Assembly: GCF_035084215.1 (NCBI RefSeq)
Contig: NC_090342.1
Coordinates: 45,694,001-45,758,000 of the forward strand
Source of the DNA: Heptranchias perlo
Lineage: Eukaryota
Direction of reading: 5' to 3'
Length of the DNA stretch: 64,000 nt
Part shown: positions 1 through 11,200 of the stretch, in pieces
Layout: each line of letters opens with the position of its first letter
Numbering within the stretch: position 1 is the stretch's first letter
Made by a program: the position numbers and the translations under genes
Notes under the pieces: model-generated
Told to the model about the DNA's origin: nothing
Databases searched by the model: none
The model's input: only the letters and a program-made list of their open reading frames with translations

Positions 1-150
1 CTGGAGACCCCTCCAGTAAAGCCTGTAAGTTCCATCATAGCCCCCTCCACATGGAGAGTGCCTGTGGATGATAGTCACGGACGATCCAGTGTCTACTACC
101 ATAATTTGTTGCCAGCCCCCTCCTACAACTGCCTTAACGGTGGGTCATCT
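1..150 (-). pseudogene. Retroviral-type aspartic protease fragment
   Basis: Minus translation PTVKAVVGGGWQQIMVVDTGSSVTIIH with DTG at 93-85, in frame with the gag ORF 259..660. A frameshift follows, before MMELTGFTGG. Confidence 0.8.
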
Positions 151-258
151 CGGTCTATCCAATGTTAGGGGTACTGGTCATCCCCCTGGGGGCCCATACC
201 TTCAGGAGAGGGACGGATCTCCCAGCGGTGAAACCAAGGCCTGGCTTATAACGGCCAC

Positions 259-1925
259 CTAGCCCTCCCTGTTTTCCGGCGCCCTTCCAGTGACTTCTCG
301 GTCGACCATGTCTTCACACATCATTTTATTCATAACCTGTAGCTTCCCCATTTCTGTCCAATTCAGCCAGCTCGTCTCACGGCGGCCCTCCCCGCCGTGG
401 TGGCCCCTGTAGCCCTCGGCTCGGATCTCCACGTTCCCGGGTGAAATGACCTGTGTTCCTGCAGCTATAGCGGGTGGATCCCTTGGCGGGTCTCTGTTGG
501 AATCTGGGAATGGGGGGTAAGGACTCTCTACTACCGATACCTGCCCTTTCCCTTTGGGGTTAATGATGTCTTTCACTGAATCCCATGCCACTATGGCACG
601 GAGTTGGGCCCGAGCCCGGGGGGTCCCCGGTGGTGCAGTCATTCCCATGGCGGCCCTCACTCGGGGGTGTACCTAGGAACATAGGAATATAGGAACAGGA
701 GTAGGCCATTCAGCCCCTCGTGCCTGCTCCGCCATTTGATAAGATCATGGCTGATCTGTGATCTAACTCCATATACCTGCCTTTGGCCCATATCCCTTAA
801 TACCTTTGGTTGTCAAAAAGCTATCTATCTCCCTGTTTTAGGAACATGTGTTTGTACATCCGATCATCCCGGCGATTCGGGACTGTCGGCTGTGCTCGCT
901 GGTAAAGGTCGAACAGATGGTTACTGAAGACCGTGGGGTGTTCATTTGGGCCCTGCGATGTCTCGGCCCACATCTCCATGAGATTCCAAACCTGTCAGCC
1001 CATGAGGTCCAGAACCTCCGTCAGCACGACATCTGGATTATTAATGGCGAGCGCCGCCGCACCAGGCAGGCCTTGATGGACCCCGCCAGGGTGCGTGGAA
1101 GGACTCTTTTCAGGTCCTCTAACTCGGGGTGGGCTCGTTTGAAATCGCCCCGAGCCTGAGCCACGACGACAGGACTGTCCTCATTATTTATAGGTCCGAG
1201 TTGGTCAGCGGTCAGGCCCCGATTGTAAGTCAACCGAGCCTGCACTACATAGTTGGTGTCCCGCCTGGTCTTCCATGTGATCACTGACAGGTGGGACCTG
1301 CCTTGCCCTATCTGGACTTGGCCCATGCTCAGTCTTGCACTAGCCTGCGGCCTCCTCCTCATTATCACTGTCCCAGTTTGCCTGTTGTCCAGTCATGGCG
1401 GCACCCTGGTGACCCAGATTCCCCTGTAATTCACAATCTTCAGTGTACACTGGGTGCGATCGGCTTCCCTTAGGGCTCCCCTGGTGTCTGCCCATTCTTT
1501 GGCCAGGTTTGTATTTTGTTTCTCCAATTTTACTCTGCTATCTTCCAATTCCTGAGTGCTGGTGCCGTCGCATTACACGAGCTGTTTTGCTGCTGCTGCG
1601 CTGGCAGCACTGGTTCCTGAATCTCACTGTCGACTCTCTCCCGTTTGACCATCTCCTCTTTTAGCTGTTCCTTTAACTCCTCCACCTCTTTCTCCTGCGC
1701 CTTCTCCTTTTCCTCACTCCAGCTTGCCCAGAAGCGAGCACAAAATTGTTTCTTTGGCACTTTGTCTTTTACCTTTTTCTTATCCAGATCTTCCACAATT
1801 AAATTACATCCTTTACTGTATGACAGTCTGTCTCCTCCCATGAGGCGAGCGATCGGTTTATTATACTTGGTTGACCCGAGTCCCTTTCCCGGTAACTCAT
1901 CTGACCCTCCTCCTATCTGCGCCAT
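259..1925 (-). pseudogene. gag-like polyprotein, disrupted by stops, frameshifts and a CR1 insertion
   Basis: ORF pieces 1530..1964, 1021..1368 and 259..660 lie between the PBS and protease. Coiled-coil segments EKEKAQEKEVEELKEQLKEE and QELEDSRVKLEKQNTNL are present. Confidence 0.7.
675..831 (-). mobile_element. CR1 LINE 3'-end fragment inserted in gag
   Basis: AGGAACATAGGAATATAGGAAC tail plus GGAGTAGGCCATTCAGCCCCTCG 3'UTR motif shared with the other CR1 copies. Flanked by CCT at 672-674 and 832-834. Confidence 0.85.
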
Positions 1926-2048
1926 GTCCCTGTCTTTGTCACTGGAGAGTCCCTTAGGTCTCACTCCCTATTGGGTTCCCTCCTTAGTTGGACACGTTGA
2001 TCAATCGCTCTGACCCAAGGTCAATCTGTTAACTGTTCCTCTGGTCAA

Positions 2049-2066
2049 GTCCTACCACGGTCGCCA
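2049..2066 (-). promoter_or_regulatory. Primer-binding site, tRNA-Arg(TCG)-like
   Basis: Minus strand reads TGGCGACCGTGGTAGGAC, 3 nt from the LTR end. It is complementary to the recalled tRNA-Arg 3' end GTCCTGCCGCGGTCGCCA with two G:U pairs. Confidence 0.7.
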
Positions 2067-2069
2067 ATT

Positions 2070-2710
2070 TGTGAGAAGTGTATTTCCCCGAGGAGAATAT
2101 CCCTTCTTTATCCAATGATTCGACTTTACTCCATATTGGTGAAGAACAGATTTATTAAATTAATAGATTGATTTGCAATACAATGATAGCTAAGCAGTAA
2201 CTAACAACCCAAGTCGGCGAACATATTACCCGCTCAGTTGGCGAGGGACTGGGTTCTCCCCAGCTGCAGCTCCCTAGGCTACACAGGGTTAGGCTCCAGC
2301 CAGCATTCACATCCCCTGGAGGTATCTAGCCTGGTCTCGGTTCCGACTGCAAACCTGATGGCTGAAAGCCAAGCTTTTTAATACCCTATTCCTACCTGAG
2401 GAATGTACAGTTCTGCGTACTGTCTTGCATGTGGCATGGGAGGGGCTAAGAAAAGGGAAGTGCAAAAGGTCACCCTGTGGCTGCTACAATGTTTGAGTAA
2501 GGTCCATCAAACAACCTATTGTAGCAGTTTCTAAAGTGTTTACAGCTTTCCTATTATCTGACTGCATTGTTATTTTAGAAAGGTCGATAGTTTTCATTAT
2601 ATTTTGCCCAGTGCCTGGTTCTGTCACCTAATCTTTTTAGTTCTTAACTCATTTACAACGGACTTCATATTTAATGGACTCCTATTGGACTCTCACAATG
2701 GACTCTCACA
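2070..2710 (-). repeat. 5' LTR of the retroelement
   Basis: Terminal inverted repeat TGTGAGA...TCTCACA. Minus-strand TATTAAAAA at 2375-2383 and AATAAA at 2151-2156. The terminal ATGGACTCTCACA motif is duplicated, so the end may be 2697 instead. Confidence 0.8.
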
Positions 2711-3225
2711 AGACTAAGGGTTAATTTGATAGAGGTATACAAAATAGTTAAAAGAATAGATTCTATTCCCATTGATAGATTATTTCAATTTAATACATTG
2801 GGGAAGACCAGGGGTCATGCTTATAAGTTACACACAGAGTAGGTTGGATATTAGTCGGTTCTTCTCTTGCCAGAGGATAGTAGACCTTTGGAGCAAGTTG
2901 CCGGCTCGTGCGGTGAGCGCTGACTCTCTGTAAACCTTCAAAAGAGAGCTGAACCAGTTTCTGTCTGGGGCAGTGATCACATCTTGTAAAAGGTAGGTGA
3001 ATACCAGGTAATATAGCATGACCAATGTGACCTCCTGGAGTGGTTTTTGATCGCTAAAGGGGTCAGAGGAATTGTCCAAATTTTTTTCCCCCTAATTGTC
3101 CATGGGAGATTACATGGCTGCTGGTGGGTAGGGGATGTCTAACCATGATGCTTCGTAGATGACGATTGTGTGGAGCATGCTTGATGGACCAGATGGTCTT
3201 TTCCTGCCTGTCATTTTCGTATGTT
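2711..3225 (+). mobile_element. CR1 LINE 3' fragment, the target of the LTR element insertion
   Basis: Degenerate RLR..LIEVYKI..LFQF..TRGH ORF2 C-terminus followed by a CR1-type 3'UTR. Confidence 0.75.
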
Positions 3226-3607
3226 TGCGTTATTATTTTATTTACTATTAACGACAATAGCATTGCCACAAGGCAAATGTCAGAAGCTTGTCAGTATTAC
3301 AAATCAAAGGACAAACACTATTAATCCATCTGCTCCCCTTTACATGGCCCAATGCTGGGAAGCTATTGAGAAAGATAAGTAGAGAGGGAGGGTGGATTGC
3401 ATCAGGGTAGGCCTCCACACTGAGGCAATCTACGTCCTCCATGGTCAGCGCTCAGGCAAGAGCAGTTTTAGGTGTCACCTCTATACTGCATACTTTTTGT
3501 TTTAAACAAAAAGGATTCTTTCCACTAGTGGGATGGAAATGGAATGAGTCTTCAGGAACATTTAGCATTTGCGTGCAGAGGAAATTTAAGGTGGAATTAT
3601 TAATGAA

Positions 3608-3800
3608 AAGCAAAAAAAGTACAGATGCTGGAAATCAAACAAAAATGGAAAATGCAGGAAACACTTGACAGGTTAGGCAGCATCTGTGGAGAGAACAGAT
3701 GCGTTGATGAAGTGTTCACACCTAAAATGTTAAACTCCTCTATTTCTCTCTCCACAGATGGTGCCTGACCTGCTGAGTGTTTCCAGCATTCTGTATGTTT
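3608..3800. repeat. Old hairpin (palindromic) Penelope-derived element
   Basis: Inverted arms GGAAACAC..AGGCAGCATCTGTGGAGAGA / TCTCTCCACAGATGGTGCCTGACCTGCTGAGTGTTTCC. Related copies at ~10330-10790, 15896-15985, 16955-17150, 30726-31175 and 59225-59315. Confidence 0.65.
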
Positions 3801-4191
3801 GTTTGAGTTGGATTCATACTTGCTTTTGCACCTGCGTTTTCACTTGTTCCAACCCCCCCGCCCCAACTCCAAAGGAACAAACATTTTGGTCCAAGATACT
3901 AAAGCAGGATTTTCACCAGAAAGATGAGAATTTCACCAGCAAATTCAAACAAATATCCTGCCACAGCTTAAATGGAAGTCTCGGGCATTTTCAGAAGAAA
4001 TGTGCCTGTGACAGTTTGAAGTGCTTTGTCTCTGTTTTTTTTTGTTTCTATCTTTTTTCCTGGTCGATTCAAGGTTAAAATATGATTTACTTACAAGAAA
4101 ATAACCCATTCTGTTTGATGCACAACAGTCCAGGAATAGATGATATCTGTTGTAGGTATCAGAGTGATATTATTAAGTAAATGGCTTAAAA

Positions 4192-4548
4192 TGGGTACGG
4201 TAGTGTACTGGACTAGTAATCCAGAGGCCTGGACTAATAATCCAGAGAATGTGAGTTCAGATCCCACCATGGCAGTTTGAGAATTTGAATTCAGTTAAAG
4301 CAAATCTGTAAATAAAAAACTGCTATCAGTTAAAGTGACCATGAAGCTATCAGGTTGTTGTAAAAACCCAACTGGGTAAAGGGAACCTGCCACCCTTATG
4401 TGGTTTGGCCTTTATGTCACTCCAGTCCTACACCAATGTGCTTGATTCTTAATTGCTGTCTGAAGTGACTCACCTTCTCAGAGCAACTAGAGATGGGCAA
4501 TAAATGCCAATCTTGCCAGTGATGCCCACATCCCAAGAAAGAATTTTA
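4192..4548 (+). mobile_element. tRNA-derived SINE with a LINE-shared 3' tail
   Basis: B-box-like GTTCAGATCCC. The tail GATGGGCAATAAATGCC...GATGCCCACATCCC matches the LINE 3' ends at ~37260-37310 and ~59665-59715. A second copy lies at 10795-11178 (-). Confidence 0.7.
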
Positions 4549-5097
4549 AGAATTGTAACTGTTTACTTGCTTGCTTTGTACTGTCACTTCAAAGGGGACC
4601 GTTACAGCTCAGTAGCATTTAGATTGTTCCAGCAACTGTTAGGCGGGTAGTGGCCCATCCTTGCTTTGTGATCAATGTATTTGCATACAATTATGTGCAG
4701 GTTATAAATTCCTGAGTTTTCACTTGAAGACAGTTTGAGACTCAGTCCCATTTAGCTTCGACATCTGTAAAGGTCCCAAAAATCTAACAACTTCATTGTT
4801 ATTTTAGCCCTTACACTTGATATCAGATCATCTCTCCTATTAGTTTACCTACTTCCACATAAAAGAAATCCTTGTAATTGCAAATTGGTTGTAAATTGAA
4901 TGGAATAATGTATGATATATATAATAACCAGCACACTACGACTATCTTCCAAGTAGGCATTCAGCATCTGTGCAAAAACGGTCAACATAGCTTCACATAG
5001 AGAGTGATTCTCTTCTTCTTAGTTTGAAGTATTACAACTCTCGCAACATACATGTTGCATGTATGTCCAAAATAAACTTCCCATTTTCTTATTTCAG

Positions 5098-5263
5098 GTG
5101 ACTGTCTCAGAAAACCCCAGACTGGATTACGAAACTCAATCCAATTACGCCCTGTTAATCTACGTTGTAGATAATAAGGGGAATACAGACTTTCAAACAC
5201 TTACAGTTTTGTTAAGCGATGTCAACGAACCCCCGAGATTCCTGGATAATCTAGCAAATGGAG
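5098..5263 (+). CDS. CDHR3: CDHR3 exon (probable exon 3)
   Basis: tttcag|GTG...GGAG|gtaagg; VTVSENPRLDYETQ...DVNEPPRFLDNLANG. Confidence 0.95.
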
Positions 5264-8200
5264 GTAAGGATCAGTGTAGCCTGAGCAAAATGTACATTTC
5301 TCAAAAAAGAGCATGAGCAGAGTTTTCATGGTTGGCATTGTACAGACATTATTATAACAGACTGTTATTTTCACCCTCTTTACAAGCACAAATTAAAAAA
5401 TACACTCTTGGACAGACTGGGATAGATTTTGACTTTTGAAATTTGCATTTATATAACACCTGTCACAACTTCAGGACATCCCAAAGTGCTTTACAGCCAA
5501 TGAAGTACTTTTGAAGTTTTGTCATTGTTGTAATGTAGAAAACATGGCTGCCAATTTGTGCACAGCAAGTTCCCACAAACTGCAATGTGATAATGGCCAG
5601 ATAATCTGTTTTGGTGATGTTGGTTGAGGGATAAATATTGGCCAGGACACCAGGGAGAATGCCCCATCTCTTTTGAGCAGTTGACCAGTGAAACGAGCTG
5701 GCCATGAGGCCCGGGCCTCAATTGAATCTGACTGGTGAGCAAGCGGATGCCAAACAGGTGTCCCGAGTCAGCTCATCGGTTTTGGACCATAGGAATATGG
5801 ACCAGCTGTGACACTTGGTGGGAGTGGGGGGTGAAGAAGGAGGGGGGAAAGTTTCAGGGAGGTCCTGGGGGGGAGCAAAGCAAGATCAAGCCCTGGCCAA
5901 CAGGAGCCCATCGTATTTTAGCGGGGCTCTGACCAATTCTATCCTACAATGGCAATCGGGGTTCTATGTACGTCATAGCACCCCAATTTGTGTATTAAAA
6001 AGGGGGCTTACTGCTTGAAACAGGCAGGAACTTCGGCCGCCAAGCAGTAGCCCCCTGTGACAGTCACAGTGGGCTGATTGTTTGGGTTAACGGGGGCGGT
6101 AAGGCTAACAACCCCATTTTGAGGCCATTACCACTTGGGTCACACTCAGTCGCTTGGCAGCTAATATTTGTTCAGAGTGAATTTTAAGTGATAAAACTGT
6201 TCAAATCGTGCTGTAACTTCCTGTTATTTCCAACATAAAAGACGTGCAATGGGGCAGGCATTATATTCACCATTGTTCCTTTGATTTCTGTGGGGAGCTT
6301 CGACTTTAAACAGGCAACGAACTACTAACACAGTTGCTGAGATTCTCAAGAGAAAATTGCAAACATGTGTCATTTCTCTAAAATGACCACAGCCACTTTG
6401 ACCTAATTTAATTGCTACACATAATCTATCGGGGGGCGGGGGGGCAGATAGAAATTGTGTATCCAGGCAGATGTTTGGGTAGAAAATATGCTAATGAAAA
6501 GAAAGGTGGGGGGGGGTGGGGGGGGGGGGGTGGGGGGGGGGGGGGGAGTGCAGGGATGAAGGTTTATAGGAATCTGAATAGCACTGGTTGCTTTTTCAGG
6601 GAAGGTAGTTAGTGGGGGTGAAAATGAACTTCGGCAGGTGTGCGCAATGGGCGGTAGTAGATTGGCCGCCAGTTATACACCCCACCGATTGAAGTCAATG
6701 GGTGGGGTGTATAATGGGAGCAGATCCACTACCACCTGTTTCCTATAGTTGAATTTCACCCCCTAGTGTTCCTTAAAGTAGGGAGTTAACAGGTTGTGAT
6801 CATGATAGCAGGAGCCAAAGGGAAAGACCATGATAATTAATCATATGTGGACTCTGGATGGAGCAAGTTCGATGGGCCAAATGGCTTTTTCTTGCTGCGG
6901 ATGTTTAAAGCAGAGGTCAACGAAAGAAATAACTCAGCCCTGCATTGTTCCTGTGTAATGGGCAGGGTGGATAAAGGGGAACCAAAGGATGCAGTATATT
7001 TGGATTTCCAAAAGGCGTTCGATAAGGTGCCACATAAAAGATTACTGCACAAGATAAGAGCTCATGGTGTTGGGGGTAATATACTGGCATGGATAGAGGA
7101 TTGGCTAACTAACAGAAGAAAGAGTCGGGATAAAAGGGTCATTGTCAAAATGGCAATCTGTAACTAGTGGGGTGCTGCAGGGCTCAGTGCTGGGGCCTCA
7201 ACTATTTACAATATATATCAATGACTTGGATGAAGGAACAGAGTGTCTTATGGCCAAATTTGCTGATGATACAAAGATAGGTGGAAAAGCAAGTTGCGAT
7301 GAGGACACAAAGTGTCTGCAAAGGGATATTGACAGGTTAAGCGAATGGGCAAAAATTTGGCAGATGGAATATAATGTGGGAAAATGTGAAGTCACCCACT
7401 TTGGGAGGAAAAATAAAAAAGCAAAATATTATTTGAATGGAGAAATACTACAAAATGCTGCAGTACAGAGGGATCTGGGTGTCCTCGTTCATGAAATACA
7501 AAAAGTCAACATACAGGTGCAGCAGGTAATCCGGAAGGAGAATGGAATATTGGCCTTTATTTCTAGGGGGATGGAGTATAAAAGCAGGGAAGTCATGCTA
7601 CAACTGTACAGGGTGCTGGTGAGACCACACCTGGAGTACTGCGTACAGTTCCGGTGCCCTTATTTAAGGAAGGACATACTTGCATTGGAGGCAGTTCAGA
7701 GAAGGTTTCACTGGGTTGATTATGGGTATGGAAGGGTTGTCTCATGAGGAAAGATTGAACAAGTTGGGTCTATACTCATTGGAGTTTAGAAGAATGAGAG
7801 GAGATCTTTTTGAAACATACAAGAAAACATGGCTGCCACCTGTATGTTGACTTTTTGTATTTCATGAACGAGGACACCCAGATCCCTCTGTACTGCAGCA
7901 TTTTGTAGTATTTCTCCATACAAATTGGCAGCATGGTACATCAACTCGGTGAGGGAGGCCCTCTGATCCGCCCAAAACCTGTTGGTTTTCCAGCTGAAGG
8001 AGCTGTCCACGACAGAGTGTTGCCGACTGGCACACTCCAAGGTCCAGAAGTACGTGCTGTGGGACGCACTGAAGCGAGGTGCAGCCTACGCAAAGGCTCT
8101 GTGGGGAAAGGCCACCGTGTAAAGCCACTCCACTTTGTATTGTGCAGAATGTATTAGAAGATATGCACTATATTTTGAATTGTAGGGATGAGATCATAGT

Positions 8201-11200
8201 GTGTATGATCTGCATTGTATTGGTTTGAACTATATTGCTTGAAAGTGTCTTTTTACATGGAACTGTGCGTATCTTAAAATTTTATGAAATAAAGTATATT
8301 TTGAAATTTTAAAATATTGTCACTTCAGTTCAGATCATGTCCCTCTCTGCCATTGTACTTGCCACCAACAAAATATAGAGCCCACTGCAAATGGAATTTA
8401 AAGAAACCCAGCACTTAAATTAAAAAGAATGCAAGTTGGTGTGTGTTACAATGATGCAACGGACATCGAGATCCAGATGACATCAAAAAAAACTGTCTAC
8501 TCTCTTGCAACATTCTGACCCAGTCATCATCCTATTGAATATCTTCCTTACATTAAAGTCTTTTGATCAATCAAGAGGATTATACTAATTGATCCATGAA
8601 TAAATGTATCCACAATAGCCCATCAATGTGCTCATTTATCCTGTGTTACTTCACAGCTGTATATGTGGACTTTCTGGAGAATTTAGCAGTTGATGCGATG
8701 ATCTACGAAGTTCAAGCAACTGATCCTGACAGGGCTGACGTTCTCTCAGTAAGTGATTTCCAAAACAGGTCAACACAAATTCTCAAAACTGACCTTTTTT
8801 TCTTCCCACTTTTTCCTGAAGGTGGTGACTCATGTTGGGATAAAGATGTACCTGCAGTCCTAGATTGCCTCATCCGTGTGACAATCCTTTACTTGTAATT
8901 TATAGTGGCGTGGGGAGGAAAGGGCGTCACAGTCAGACTTCACCCTGCCCTCGTCTAACTTCCTCGCATGCTCGTTTCGCAGTCGGGGTTGCTGGATAGC
9001 GACGAGAAGGAACACTAGCTGATTTTTCCACCCACACTCTGCAGCCAAGAACACGGAGGCTAATTGTATCACTGCTAATCCAGCTAAGATCAGCAAACTC
9101 AGCACAAAGCCTGAGCTCTCCCTGGGCTATAAGATTCAGCACCTCATTGCAGAGTGCTTTTGCCTGCTGTGATATAGGGGGGAGCTCCACAATTTAGCAT
9201 TTATCAAAAAAAAAACACAATTCAGCCAATCTCAAGTTCAGAAGTTCACATCACAATATGCTTCACCAGTGTACCTTATATATCAGGAAAACCTGCTAGT
9301 CAACAATTAATCTGTCGGAGCAAGTTGGCAACATAGAAACCAAGCAACACCTTATTTTACTGTTCAAAAGATTATTTGATTTAGGGTTGCTATTAGGTTT
9401 TATTTGACTTAAGAAAATTGAAATGTGAGATACATCCAATAACCAAATGAGAGTGTTTAAATTGCTACCTTCCTATTTTCCTGTAATATAGGTGGGTATA
9501 CCTGTTGCAATTTCGCATTTTTTTTTTGCCAGTTTTCAAATTTAAAATGCGAACTGGCAATGTTGAAATCCAGTAGCTGAAGTCCCGGAACAGTCAGTAA
9601 ATTGCATTGAGAGGCAGCAATGGAGATAGGAAAGTACCACAATGCAAAGCAGCTCAGAAAAGGCTCTATTTCTTAAGTGCGCTGGTTTGCATTGAGTGAG
9701 TGAGTGAAAATGTGTTGAGGCGTTAACTAAATAACAACCAAATAAAAAGAAAGGAAACTTAAAAATAATGAATCCTTACAGATTTCAAACATCATATCTT
9801 TATATTTTTGTGAAAAAATGTAGAAAAGAACTGGTTCATTTGAGAAAGTAACCAAGTGCTTTGGCTTTATTTCAGTATTCAGTCAACTCTCCTCTGGTTA
9901 CTATTAATCCCAATGGGAAAAATGGGGTGATTCTTGCAGCAAAAACGTTTGACTATGAGAAAGATTTTCACAGGTAACAATTCTTCTTTCCCTTTCAAAA
10001 TTGTCTTATTTTGTTAATTCATTTGTGTTTTACACACTGATAACTTCAGAATACCTAGATTACTGCTTTATATTTTTGCAGCTTCAGTGTGTTAGTGACA
10101 GTAAAGGATGCAGCAGGTAATAACGTCACTGGGATTGTGGTGGTCAATTTAATTAACGTGAATGACAACTGGCCTGTCTTTAAGCAGTAAGTGCAAAAAA
10201 AAAGTGTTTCTTCCTAACTCGATGAATGTTAAAGTTTGCCGAAAACCCGTGTCTGGGCAGATGCAGCTGTAGGAAAGAGAACAATGAAAATAAAAGATTA
10301 AAAACTACTGCCCTGTTCCATAATAAAACAAGAAAATGCTGGATATGCATAGGTTGATCAGTGTCTGTAAAAGGGGTAACGTTAGCTGGTTCTGAAGGGT
10401 CAGTTCTGATGAAGAGTGACACTTAAAATATCAATTGTAAACAATTTTACAACACCAAGTTATAGTCCAGCAATTTTATTTTAAATTCACAAGCTTTCGG
10501 AGGCTACCTCCTTCCTCAGGTGAACGATGTGGAAAAAAGGAGGGGCAATAAATTTTTCCACATCGTTCACCTGAGGAAGGAGGTAGCCTCCGAAAGCTTG
10601 TGAATTTAAAATAAAATTGCTGGACTATAACTTGGTGTTGTAAAATTGTTTACAATTGTCAACCCCAGTCCATCACCGGCATCTCCACATCATGACTTAA
10701 AATATCAACCTTGCTTTTTCCTTCAAATTGATCTGGCTGATCTGCTGTATATTTCCACCGATTTCATTTCAGATTTCCATCATTTAAAAAAAATTATTCA
10801 TTCTTGGAATGTCACTGGCAAAGCTGGCATTTATTGCCCCTCCTTAGGTTCCCTAAGAAAGTGGTGGTGGGCTGCCTTCTTGAATGACTGGTAGCAGTTT
10901 TGATACAACGAAGAGGCTTGCAAGAGCACTTCAGAGGGCAGTTAAGAGTCAACCATTTGTTGTGGAACTGAGTAAGCATGTCACGTTCCCTTCTTGGGAA
11001 TCACTTGGGTTTTTACAACAATCTGCCTGCTTCACGGTCACTTTTTCTAATACCAGCTTTTTATTTCCACCTTTTAAAAAAAAAACTGAATTCAAATTCT
11101 CAAACTGCCATCTTGGGATTTGAGCTCGTGTTCTCTGGATTATTAGTCCAGTAACATAACTACACTACCGTGCCCCATTCACAACTTTTCTTTTTGTTAT

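Larger units (their letters stand above)
1..2710 (-). mobile_element. LTR retroelement (ERV/Gypsy-like), 5' part: 5' LTR, PBS, decayed gag and protease; continues beyond the left window edge
   Basis: On the minus strand the order is LTR (TG...CA), PBS, coiled-coil gag-like frames, then an aspartic protease (VVDTGSSVTII at ~70-99, with ELTGFTG flap-like motif). Confidence 0.85.
10432..10694. mobile_element. Young Penelope-like element terminal-repeat insertion forming a perfect palindrome
   Basis: Arms 10432-10537 and 10553-10658 are exact reverse complements. The arm matches the end of the GIY-YIG Penelope fragment at 24421-24512. A 14-bp direct repeat ACTTAAAATATCAA lies at 10421-10434 and 10695-10708. 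Confidence 0.9.

Noticed and set aside
259-261. TAG between gag and protease as a programmed readthrough codon
   Set aside because: Three more in-frame TGA stops follow before the DTG motif. They look like decay, so the true gag stop cannot be identified from one copy.
674-847. TAGGAACAT direct repeat as the TSD of the CR1 insert
   Set aside because: The left copy is mostly CR1 tail. Only the CCT duplication restores the gag frame.
6505-6547. G-homopolymer run (G-quadruplex potential)
   Set aside because: Simple low-complexity tract; similar G/C runs occur elsewhere in the window.
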